Of a DNA stretch of 64,000 nt, positions 45,342 through 53,417 are shown in pieces; the stretch's first letter is position 1, and each line of letters starts with the position of its first letter. Under the pieces are notes generated by a model. That model had not been told where the DNA came from. It worked only from the letters and a program-made list of their open reading frames with translations, and did not search any database. The stretch covers positions 11,546-75,545 of the forward strand of contig CAYHQQ010000011.1 of NCBI GenBank assembly GCA_964358855.1, given 5' to 3'. The DNA is from an uncultured Phycisphaeraceae bacterium (GTDB taxonomy: Bacteria; Planctomycetota; Phycisphaerae; Phycisphaerales; UBA1924). Position numbers and translations under genes: made by a program.

Positions 45342-46679
45342 ATGCGAATCCGTGGCCTTGCCATTGCCCTGGGCGTATCGATTTCGGCCTTGGTGTGTGG
45401 CACCGGCGCCGCGACCGAAGTCGACCGCTACAGCATCGTCAAGTGCGGGACACTGCTCGACGTCGCCGGGAAACCGGCGAAGAAGAACATGACCATCGTC
45501 GTGAAGAACGGCCTCATCGACTCGGTCGTCGCGACCGGTCAGGAGCCCAAACGCGATGCCATGCCCAAAGACGCCGTGGTCGACACCGTCGACCTCTCGG
45601 GCATGTTCGTTCTGCCCGGGCTCATCGACTGCCACGTGCACCTGACGAATCAGTGGGATGAGGGGATGCGTCTGCGGATGGTGCAGGACAGCGACTCGCT
45701 CGTGGCGGTGCGGGCGACGGTGTTCGCCAAGAAGACGCTCGAGGCCGGATTCACCACTGTTCGCGATCTGGGCGCGAGGCACGCCGAGACGATCTTCGCG
45801 CTGCGGGACGGGATCAATCAGGGGCTGGTCGTGGGGCCCAGGATCGTGGCGTCGGGGCACCCCATCGCCATCACCGGTGGGCACGGCGACTTCACCAACG
45901 GGTATCGCCAGGACGTGTGGGGCGACCAGGGCGAGGCCGACGGCATTGGCGACGGGCCCGACTCGTGCATGAGGGCCGTGCGGAACCAGATCAAGTACGG
46001 GGCCGACTGCATCAAGCTGACCGCCACGGGCGGCGTCCTGTCGGCGAGCGCCGCGGGGCTCCGACAGCACTTCACGCAGGCGGAGCTCAACGCGATCGTG
46101 ACGGCGGCCCACATGATGAGCCGCAAGGTGGCGGCCCACGCTCACGGGGTCGACGGCATCAAGGCCGCACTCGAGGCCGGCGTCGACTCGATCGAGCACG
46201 GAACGTATTTGGACGACGACGCGATCAAACTCTTCAAGGGACACAACGCGTACTTCGTGCCGACGATGCTGGCAGCGGAGACGGTGACGACCAACGCCGA
46301 GAAGCCCGGGTATTACCTGAAGGTCGTCGCCGATAAGGCCCGTCTGGTCGGCCCCAAGCTCAAAGAAGCGGTGGCCAAGGCCCACAAGGCGGGCGTCAAG
46401 ATCGCGTTCGGCACCGACAGCGGCGTGAGCGATCACGGGATCAACGCCCGCGAGTTCTCGCTGCTGGTTGCGGCGGGTCTCACGCCCACGGAGACGCTGG
46501 TGGCGGCGACAACGTCGGCGGCGGACCTGCTCGGGCTGTCGGATCAGATCGGGACACTCGAGAAGGGCAAGGCCGCCGACCTGATCGCTGTTGCGGGCGA
46601 CCCGACGGTTGATGTCGCAACGCTGATGGATGTGAAGGCTGTCATGCGGGCGGGCGTGTTCGTCAAGAACGTGAAGTGA
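45342..46679 (+). CDS. secreted amidohydrolase-family metallohydrolase (paralog of 38124..39587)
   Basis: Trimmed to ATG 45342 (AAGGAG upstream) with a signal peptide (MRIRGLAIALGVSISALVCG). IDCHVHL, AAHAHG, IEHGT and GTDSG motifs. Confidence 0.88.
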   Translation: MRIRGLAIALGVSISALVCGTGAATEVDRYSIVKCGTLLDVAGKPAKKNMTIVVKNGLIDSVVATGQEPKRDAMPKDAVVDTVDLSGMFVLPGLIDCHVHLTNQWDEGMRLRMVQDSDSLVAVRATVFAKKTLEAGFTTVRDLGARHAETIFALRDGINQGLVVGPRIVASGHPIAITGGHGDFTNGYRQDVWGDQGEADGIGDGPDSCMRAVRNQIKYGADCIKLTATGGVLSASAAGLRQHFTQAELNAIVTAAHMMSRKVAAHAHGVDGIKAALEAGVDSIEHGTYLDDDAIKLFKGHNAYFVPTMLAAETVTTNAEKPGYYLKVVADKARLVGPKLKEAVAKAHKAGVKIAFGTDSGVSDHGINAREFSLLVAAGLTPTETLVAATTSAADLLGLSDQIGTLEKGKAADLIAVAGDPTVDVATLMDVKAVMRAGVFVKNVK

Positions 46680-46690
46680 GAGGGTGAGCT

Positions 46691-48253
46691 TTGGCGCGAC
46701 TGCCGTTTGATCCTGCGAAGATGGCCGCGGCCAAGAGGGCCGAGCAGCAGCCGTTGCTCGCGACAGCACCGGCAGGCGACGACGCCATCACCGTCTCGCA
46801 GCTCGCCGATCGGCTCGATGCCGCCCTCAAGGGAGCCTTTCCCCAGCGCGTGCGGGTCGTGGGGGAGGTCAGCAACTTCCACGATCGCACCCACTGGTAC
46901 TTTGATCTCAAAGACGCCACCGCCGTCATCAACTGTGTGATGTTCGCCTCCGCCGCCCGCAAGGCCGGGTTTGTCATCGAGCACGGCCAACAGCTCGTCG
47001 TCTCCGGGCGCGTCGAGTTCTACGCCAAGGGTGGCAAGGTCAGCTTCATTGCCGACAAGATCGAGCCAGTGGGCGCGGGGGCTCTGGACCTCGCTTACCG
47101 CAAGCTCTGCGATGAGCTGCGCGAGCTGGGCTGGTTCGCCCCAGAGCGCAAACGCCCCCTCCCGATCTTCCCGCGCAAGATCGCCGTGGTCACCAGCCGC
47201 AGCGCCGCCGCCTTGCAGGACGTCCTCAACACCATCCGCAAGCGGTGCCCGGCGGTGGGCGTCGTCCTTGCCGATGTTCGGGTGCAGGGAGACGGGGCGG
47301 CGGCGGAGGTGGCCGCCGCCATCCGCACGATCTCCGGGATCCACGCCAGCCTGGGCGTTGACGCGGTGCTGGTCACCCGCGGGGGCGGAAGCAAGGAAGA
47401 CCTCTGGACGTTCAACGAACGCATCGTGGCCGAGGCGATCGTTGCATGCGCCATTCCCGTCGTCGCGGCCATCGGTCACGAGACCGACACAACGATCGCC
47501 GAGCTGGTGGCCGACGAGCGGTGCGCAACGCCCACTCAGGCGGCGATGAGGCTCACTCCCGACTCGGCGGCCCTCATCCGCCAGGCCGAAACAATTCATC
47601 GCAGGCTGACGTCGCTGATGGAGAGCCACCTGCGGGCCGAGTCGCGAAGGATCGATTCGCTCGTGCGTCGCCCCGCGCTCGCTCAACCCGGGCGCATGGT
47701 CGCCGCCAAGGGGCAGGAGCTCGATCACGCCAGACGGCGCCTGGTCTCGGCGGCGTCGATGGTCGTACAGCGTACGGCCCGACGGATCGGGGCCGCCAGC
47801 GCCCGGCTCGACACCATGAAGCCCACCGCATTGCATGCCCGGGTGTCGACCAGAGTGGAGACGCTCGCCACCCGGCTTCAGGCGGCGGCACGCAAAGAGA
47901 TGGCCTCCCACGATCCCAGGGCGCTCGACGATCGGCTGACGCGGGGGATGGCCCGGCTGATGGAGAGCCGTGCGGACCGGATCGACGCCTTGGATCGCCA
48001 GCTCGAGCTGGTCGCCCCGCAGCGAGTGCTCGATCGCGGGTTCAGCCTCACGACCTCCGCCGACGGCTCATTGGTCCGATCGACCGCCGACGTGAAGCCG
48101 GGCCAGGCGGTGCGGACGCGGCTTGCCGACGGGCAGTTCGAGTCGACGGTGAGCGGGGCGGCGACGCCCACGACGCCCAGAAAGCCCGGGCGGACCCGGA
48201 GGCTGGGGGAGAAACCCGGGGACGAGGGGCAACTCGACCTTTTCGGCTCGTGA
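46691..48253 (+). CDS. xseA: exodeoxyribonuclease VII large subunit
   Basis: ITVSQLADRLDAAL...VRVVGEVSNF..RTHWYFDLKD is the OB-fold N-terminus. TRGGGSKEDLW and a long coiled C-terminal region follow. TTG start. Confidence 0.9.
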   Translation: MARLPFDPAKMAAAKRAEQQPLLATAPAGDDAITVSQLADRLDAALKGAFPQRVRVVGEVSNFHDRTHWYFDLKDATAVINCVMFASAARKAGFVIEHGQQLVVSGRVEFYAKGGKVSFIADKIEPVGAGALDLAYRKLCDELRELGWFAPERKRPLPIFPRKIAVVTSRSAAALQDVLNTIRKRCPAVGVVLADVRVQGDGAAAEVAAAIRTISGIHASLGVDAVLVTRGGGSKEDLWTFNERIVAEAIVACAIPVVAAIGHETDTTIAELVADERCATPTQAAMRLTPDSAALIRQAETIHRRLTSLMESHLRAESRRIDSLVRRPALAQPGRMVAAKGQELDHARRRLVSAASMVVQRTARRIGAASARLDTMKPTALHARVSTRVETLATRLQAAARKEMASHDPRALDDRLTRGMARLMESRADRIDALDRQLELVAPQRVLDRGFSLTTSADGSLVRSTADVKPGQAVRTRLADGQFESTVSGAATPTTPRKPGRTRRLGEKPGDEGQLDLFGS

Positions 48254-48271
48254 CGCTATCTTGAGGGGCAC

Positions 48272-48541
48272 GTGAGCAAACCCAACCCAAACCCCGCGTC
48301 CTCCAAGTCCGCCCCCGACCTTGCCGCGTTGTCGTTTGAGCAGGCCATGGAGCAGCTCGAGGCAATTGTCGAGCGGGTCGAGAGCGGCCAGGTGGGGCTG
48401 GAGCAGGCTTTGGCCGAGTACGAGCGGGGGGTGGCCCTGGTTCGTCAGTGCCGCGATGTCTTGCAGAAGGCCGAGCTGCGGGTCGAAGAGTTGAGCAAGC
48501 TGGCGGCGGCGGTCGATAGCAAGGCGGATGGAGAGGCCTGA
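48272..48541 (+). CDS. xseB: exodeoxyribonuclease VII small subunit
   Basis: LSFEQAMEQLEAIVERVESGQVGLEQALAEYERGVALVRQC. GTG start, directly after xseA. Confidence 0.9.
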   Translation: MSKPNPNPASSKSAPDLAALSFEQAMEQLEAIVERVESGQVGLEQALAEYERGVALVRQCRDVLQKAELRVEELSKLAAAVDSKADGEA

Positions 48542-48588
48542 TCGCCAATGGGCCCTGTTGGAACCTGCTGGCAGGACGCTGAAACACC

Positions 48589-50130
48589 ATGCCCACCGAC
48601 GTAGTCGAGCGAATGGAAATGTGGGCACACCTGATCCAAACCGTGTTTGTGTTCGCCTTCGGGGCGTGCGCGGGGTCGCTGATCAACGTTTTGGCGTACC
48701 GGATGCCGCTTGGGATCAGCGTGGTGATGCCGCCCAGCCGTTGCCCGTCGTGCAAGACGCGGCTGACGTGGCGGGAGAACATTCCGATCCTGGGTTGGAT
48801 CCTCCTCCGCGGACGATGCCGATTCTGCAAGTGCAAGATCTCGCCGGAGTATCCGCTGGTCGAGGCTCTGGTGGCCGTGCTCTTCGCGGGGATCTACGTG
48901 CTCTGGTACGCGGTGCCCCGCCACGGAAACTGGCCGGTCGTGCAGCACGCGTGGTTCCTGGGGTTTGACTGGTCGATCATCAAGCCCGAGTGGGCCTACG
49001 GCGGCTTTGCGTCGGCGTGGCCGATCTTTGTCATGGTGCTCGTGCTCGTTGGGTCGCTGGTGGCGATGACGCTGACGGATATCAAGACCTACATGATTCC
49101 GCTTCAGCTGGCCTGGACGCCCGCGGTGGTGGGAATCCTCGCCCACACGGGGTGGGGGGTGTACCTGTCGGTGGTGGGAAACGTGTCGTACGCGACCGCG
49201 TGGATGAAGACCGCTCCGGGATGGACATGGGTGATCGCCTCACCCGGGAAGGCTGGCTGGAGCATCGTCGGGGCCGCCATCGGCGGTATCGTCGGGCTGG
49301 GAATCGCCAACGTGCTCCTCTCCAAGGGACTGATCCGGCGCAGCTTTGCCGACTACGACGAGTGGGAGAAGGCCCACAAGCAGACCGAGGCCGTGCCCCA
49401 GGCAACGCCCGAAGCACAGGGGGTGGGGGTGGAGGTGGGGGAGCCACAGAGTCCCGGGGCGACCGCGATGATCGCCGAGGGCTCACCCGTTCCACCTGTC
49501 GACCCTGCTCAGGCCACGCCCCTTGCCCCACCCGAGTCACAGGCGGCCGAGGGAAGGAACCATTCTGAGGCCGGCGAGAATCCGACTGAGATGTGGCTTG
49601 AATACCCGCACGCCCGACGGGAGATGCTCAAGGAACTGATCTTCCTGGCTCCGTGTCTGGCCCTGGCGATGCTCGGGGCCTCGCTGGCCCACACCTGGGC
49701 CGGCCCCTGGATCGCCGGCCCGACACCCCTCTCGCCTGGCACGCCCACGACCCCAGTCCCCCTTTGGCTCGACGCCACCACCGCCTCGATCTTCGGCTTT
49801 CTGGTCGGCGGGGGCGTGGTCTGGCTCATTCGGATCCTGGGGTCCCTCGCGTTTGGCAAGGAGGCCTTGGGACTCGGCGATGTCCACATGATGGCCGGCG
49901 TGGGCGCTTGTCTGGGATGGATCGACGCGACTTTTGGGTTCTTCCTGTCGGCATTCGTCGGCCTGGCGTGGGCGGGCGGGGCCGCGATCGTCAAGGGAAA
50001 GGGTGCACGGGCGCTGCCGCTGGGTCCGTCCCTCGCGGCGGCCACCATGCTTGTGCTCGTCGGCAAGGTCGGCATCGAGCGGTTGATGAACATCATCGCC
50101 TCGGCGTGGGCGCCATGGAATCTGCCGTAA
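48589..50130 (+). CDS. prepilin peptidase (A24 family) with an unusually long insert
   Basis: Zn-ribbon CPSCKTRLTWRENIPILGWILLRGRCRFCKCKI. Catalytic Asp contexts MTLTDIKTYMIP and GLGDVHMMAGVG. About 270 aa separate the two Asp residues, including a Pro/Ala/Glu/Gln-rich low-complexity stretch. Confidence 0.85.
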   Translation: MPTDVVERMEMWAHLIQTVFVFAFGACAGSLINVLAYRMPLGISVVMPPSRCPSCKTRLTWRENIPILGWILLRGRCRFCKCKISPEYPLVEALVAVLFAGIYVLWYAVPRHGNWPVVQHAWFLGFDWSIIKPEWAYGGFASAWPIFVMVLVLVGSLVAMTLTDIKTYMIPLQLAWTPAVVGILAHTGWGVYLSVVGNVSYATAWMKTAPGWTWVIASPGKAGWSIVGAAIGGIVGLGIANVLLSKGLIRRSFADYDEWEKAHKQTEAVPQATPEAQGVGVEVGEPQSPGATAMIAEGSPVPPVDPAQATPLAPPESQAAEGRNHSEAGENPTEMWLEYPHARREMLKELIFLAPCLALAMLGASLAHTWAGPWIAGPTPLSPGTPTTPVPLWLDATTASIFGFLVGGGVVWLIRILGSLAFGKEALGLGDVHMMAGVGACLGWIDATFGFFLSAFVGLAWAGGAAIVKGKGARALPLGPSLAAATMLVLVGKVGIERLMNIIASAWAPWNLP

Positions 50131-50314
50131 CCGACAGGGTTTTGCGCCCGGAAGGGTGCTTGAATCAGAAAAATAATTCAAGAGGTTCCAGAGGGTGGGG
50201 GAAATCGGCAAAAGAGTCCGATACAGTTGCGCGCGCGTCGAGAGTGGCTAGTTCCGCGATGGAATCGCGGCCTCGGCGCGGGGAATGATCCCGCGTTTAG
50301 CGGAGGGCACACAC

Positions 50315-50905
50315 ATGAACATCCGGATGTCTCGTTGGCTTGGCGTGTTGGCGGTGGCTGGCGTCGGCGCTCTCCTGGGGGCTTGCGGGCCTTCCAAGGA
50401 AGTCGAGAGCCTGACCCTTGAAAACAAGGACCTGCGCACCAAAGTCGACGGCATGGACCAGCGCCTGGGCCAGACCGAGTCGACCGTTACCGCCCTGTCG
50501 AACGAGGTCAAGGCTCGCCCGGTCTATCAGCCCCCGAACCCTGACGAGATGGGTGGCGGACGCCCCGCGACCGAACACAGGCCGTCAGGCCGCACCGTTG
50601 ACCTGGGCATCAATCTGTTTGCCTCGGGCTCGGATGTGCTGTCCACCGCGGCCAAGAAGACGATCGACTCGGCGGTCAAGAACATCAGCAAGGGCTCGAG
50701 CATTCGCGTCGAGGGCTTTGCTGACACCACCAAGCCGACCAAAGGCAAGTACAAGACCAACGAGGCCCTGAGCCAGGCTCGAGCCGATGCTGTTCGCAAG
50801 TACCTTGCCAGCAAGGGTTACAACGCGACCGACGCGATCGGCATGGGCGCTGTCTCGCACAACGGCAAGGCCCCCAGCCGTCGTGTCGAGCTCGTTGTCA
50901 ACTGA
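50315..50905 (+). CDS. OmpA-family (peptidoglycan-associating) lipoprotein
   Basis: Trimmed to ATG 50315 (GGAGGG upstream). Lipobox LLGAC, a coiled-coil segment, then an OmpA_C pattern (VEGFADTT...NEALSQARADAVRKYL...RRVELVV). Confidence 0.88.
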   Translation: MNIRMSRWLGVLAVAGVGALLGACGPSKEVESLTLENKDLRTKVDGMDQRLGQTESTVTALSNEVKARPVYQPPNPDEMGGGRPATEHRPSGRTVDLGINLFASGSDVLSTAAKKTIDSAVKNISKGSSIRVEGFADTTKPTKGKYKTNEALSQARADAVRKYLASKGYNATDAIGMGAVSHNGKAPSRRVELVVN

Positions 50906-50931
50906 GCCGGTCCACATCCCTGAAATACAAG

Positions 50932-50963
50932 ACGCCCGTGGCCGAAGGCCGCGGGCGTTTTTT
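50932..50963 (+). terminator. rho-independent terminator
   Basis: ACGCCCGTGGCC-gaa-GGCCGCGGGCGT (12-bp stem with one G-U pair) is followed by TTTTTT, 27 nt after the OmpA-family stop. Confidence 0.85.
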
Positions 50964-50965
50964 CT

Positions 50966-50986
50966 GAGCCCGACGCGTCAGCGAGG
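50966..50986 (-). repeat. REP-like motif, copy R2 (reverse complement reads CCTCGCTGACGCGTCGGGCTC)
   Basis: 19/21 inverted match to R3, which lies 56 nt downstream. Same core as R1 and R4. Confidence 0.6.
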
Positions 50987-51042
50987 CAGGGCGGTCGAAC
51001 GCCCAAGATGTCACTGGATGCGAATGGTGGCCGTACGCGAAC

Positions 51043-51063
51043 CCTCGCTTGCGCGTCGGGCTC
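51043..51063 (+). repeat. REP-like motif, copy R3 (CCTCGCTTGCGCGTCGGGCTC)
   Basis: Forms an inverted pair with R2 between the convergent ompA-like and csrA genes. Confidence 0.6.
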
Positions 51064-51077
51064 TGTCACGTTGGGAC

Positions 51078-51299
51078 TTACTCGGCGACGGCGGTCGGCT
51101 TGATCACGCCAGCGACTTCGGGGGCTTGGCCGACGATCTGGTCGGCGATTTCCCGCCGGTGGATCTCGACATCCCGCGGGAAGTCAAAGGCAATTCGCAC
51201 CCGCTCCCCCTTAATGGAGGCGATGCGAACGACACCGATCGGATTTCTAGGGTCGCCGATGACGACTTCCTCGCCCTCGCGCCGAGTGATAACGAGCAT
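51078..51299 (-). CDS. csrA: carbon storage regulator CsrA
   Basis: Trimmed to ATG 51299. MLVITRREGEEVVIGD...VRIAFDFPRDVEIHRREI is the canonical CsrA pattern. GGAG SD. Confidence 0.9.
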   Translation of the reverse strand: MLVITRREGEEVVIGDPRNPIGVVRIASIKGERVRIAFDFPRDVEIHRREIADQIVGQAPEVAGVIKPTAVAE

Positions 51300-51306
51300 A
51301 AACGGA

Positions 51307-51324
51307 CTCCACCATAGCTCCACC
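51307..51324 (-). promoter_or_regulatory. tandem GGTGGAG repeats in the csrA leader (possible CsrA self-binding GGA sites)
   Basis: The minus strand reads GGTGGAGctatGGTGGAGtccgtttATG. The second copy is the SD. More GGA triplets lie further upstream in the 260-nt leader. Confidence 0.35.
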
Positions 51325-51561
51325 GAACCCGTTCCTTGGGCCAGTGCCACCAACTGCGATGTATACCAGACTACGCGTCAAAAGGAAAGGTGATTCCGGG
51401 AATCCGGCAAGCTACCGGACGCTTTCGACAAATATACCCAAGCGTAAGGCTTCTGTTATGTACTGAGTGCTGAGGCCGAAGAACCCCGTGGACAGGACGT
51501 GGAAGACCTGTGGGAACATTCCGGCTATCGACCAACCGTCCGTTCCGCCAAGATCGCCATT

Positions 51562-51822
51562 TCAGGGGACCGCTTCCAGCCGCAGGACCTCGGGAACGTG
51601 GGTGCGGAGGTTTCGCTCGATTCCCAGGCGGAGGGTCATGTCGCTCGACGGGCATCCGACGCACGCGCCGTGCAGACGGATCTGAACCACGCCCTCGGGG
51701 GTGAGGTTGACGAACTCAAGGTCGCCGCCGTCGGACTGCACGGCCGGGCGAATGAGATTGATCACCTGAACCACGCGCTCGCGGAGTTCGGCGGCGGGAG
51801 TTGGCGAGGCGGGGTGGGACAT
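51562..51822 (-). CDS. NifU-C/Nfu-type Fe-S cluster carrier domain protein
   Basis: Trimmed to ATG 51822. IRPAVQSDGGDLEFV...VQIRLHGACVGCPSSDMTL. Confidence 0.85.
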   Translation of the reverse strand: MSHPASPTPAAELRERVVQVINLIRPAVQSDGGDLEFVNLTPEGVVQIRLHGACVGCPSSDMTLRLGIERNLRTHVPEVLRLEAVP

Positions 51823-51882
51823 CGAGGTAGTGTACGCGCCGGGAGTGAGAAGAGGGCCGAAAGTCTCTACACTGCCAGCCAC

Positions 51883-53400
51883 ATGGCAGAACTCTCATCG
51901 AAACGGACCGGGCGGACGTGTGTTGCGGCGGTGCTTCTGGCGACGCTGGTGGGCGGCTGCGGGAGCAGCGGGCCCAGAGCGGCGGACGACCCGCTCACGA
52001 TCGCGCTTAACCCGACGCAAACGGGCGAGGCCCGGGCCAAGGCGGTGGGCCTGGCGTACCAGAAGGCGGTGAGCGAGTCGGACCGGATCGCGGCGAGGTC
52101 GGCCCTGTGGCCCCTGGTCTGGTCGCCGCAGGCAGCGCCCGAGGTCAAGGTCGCGATCGTGCAGGAGCTGCTCGCGGAGCGGAATCCCGTGGCCGAGGGT
52201 GTGATCCGCGAGGACCTGCGTCTCATGCTTCCCCACCAGAACTCGCCCGAGGTGGTGACGATGGTGTGCACGGCGGCGGGTGAGCGGGGATGGACCGATT
52301 TCATCCCGGCGATCGTTCGCAGCTACGCGCGGGTCGTGCCGGGATTCACCGACGCGACCCGTTCCGAGCGGGCGGCGCTCATCAAGCTGGGCGGAGGGAA
52401 AGACCTCGAGGCGATCATCTTCGGCGTCTTTGCGCATCCTCCGGCCGACACGCCCGAGACCAAACGCATGAAGCTGGAAGAGCAGTACCGGCTGGCCTCG
52501 TGGGACCTGCTCTCGAGGCTCGAACCGACGGGAGAGCGAAGGATCGCGATGCTGGAGACGGCGGCGGCGGACGTGGCGTACGCGAGGAGCGCGCTGGCGG
52601 CGTGGCGAGAGCTGCGGGCGCTGCCCCAGACCGGCGAGGAGCTGCGATGGGCGTCGCGCCTTCACGATCCCAAGAACGCGGCGAACGCGGCGTGGTGGGC
52701 GGAGGCTCGCTCGGCGATCGCCTCGCTCGATGCCACGAAGACGTCGGGGCTCGAGCTGCGCCACGCCGAGGCGATCCGGGCGGCGGCCATCGCCAGGCCG
52801 AACTGGATCTCCGCGAGCCGGGAGCAATTGCTCGGCGAGGTTCGCCTGCGCCTCAAGGACCGCGAGGTGATCGAGCCCTCGCGCGGGCGGGACGATGGCA
52901 AGAACCGGATCAAGGAATCTCTGGGCGCGTCGGAGGCCAAGCTGAGGTGGGCCGATCTGCTCACGATCCTGCTGGTCGACGACGCGATCCAGGACGCGAT
53001 GTTCGGGCGGGACATCTTCACGTACGTCGGGTTCGACAAGCGGGACACGACGACGGAGTACGGCGGCGTTCTGGACCTTTTGGCGACCCCCGGCAAGCTG
53101 GGATTCGTGGCGACGCTGTATCAGCCGCGTCCGGGGCAGCGTGCGGGCGACGATCGGTTCATCGCCTCTGACGACATGATCAACTCGAGCGACCGGTCGC
53201 TGGCGCACTTCCACTTCCACGTGGCCGAGCGGTACAACTCGAAGTTCGCGGGTCCCAGCGATGCCGATCTGGACTATTCCAATCGCTTCGGTCGCTCGTG
53301 TCTGGTCTTCACAAGCCGGGATTCTGAGTCGCTGGATGTGGACTACTACCAGCCGGGCGTGGTGATCGTTGATCTGGGTGACATCAAGGTCGCGAAATAG
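51883..53400 (+). CDS. lipoprotein of unknown function with C-terminal JAMM/MPN-like motif
   Basis: Trimmed to ATG 51883. Lipobox LATLVGGC. The C-terminal region has TTEYGGVL...HFHFHVAERYNSKFAGPSDAD, i.e. E...HxH...SxxD with a longer than usual spacer. Confidence 0.7.
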   Translation: MAELSSKRTGRTCVAAVLLATLVGGCGSSGPRAADDPLTIALNPTQTGEARAKAVGLAYQKAVSESDRIAARSALWPLVWSPQAAPEVKVAIVQELLAERNPVAEGVIREDLRLMLPHQNSPEVVTMVCTAAGERGWTDFIPAIVRSYARVVPGFTDATRSERAALIKLGGGKDLEAIIFGVFAHPPADTPETKRMKLEEQYRLASWDLLSRLEPTGERRIAMLETAAADVAYARSALAAWRELRALPQTGEELRWASRLHDPKNAANAAWWAEARSAIASLDATKTSGLELRHAEAIRAAAIARPNWISASREQLLGEVRLRLKDREVIEPSRGRDDGKNRIKESLGASEAKLRWADLLTILLVDDAIQDAMFGRDIFTYVGFDKRDTTTEYGGVLDLLATPGKLGFVATLYQPRPGQRAGDDRFIASDDMINSSDRSLAHFHFHVAERYNSKFAGPSDADLDYSNRFGRSCLVFTSRDSESLDVDYYQPGVVIVDLGDIKVAK

Positions 53401-53417
53401 CCGGGCGGTTGAGAGGC

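Noticed and set aside
44361-46769. An 802-aa minus-strand ORF spanning the CPBP protease and amidohydrolase genes. Similar long shadow ORFs are 38926..40191, 38391..39911, 19782..21065, 22772..24280, 51895..53793 and 13865..14986.
   Set aside because: Same reasoning. The composition is Arg/Pro/His-rich, no motifs are present, and they overlap genes with clear family signatures on the other strand or in another frame.
51371-51520. A CsrB/RsmY-like antagonist sRNA on the plus strand, divergent from csrA (7 GGA triplets in about 150 nt).
   Set aside because: The enrichment is only about 2-3 fold over a crude expectation. The GGA triplets are not displayed in obvious repeated hairpin loops, and I see no promoter or terminator. 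The same sequence is more simply the complement of the csrA leader.
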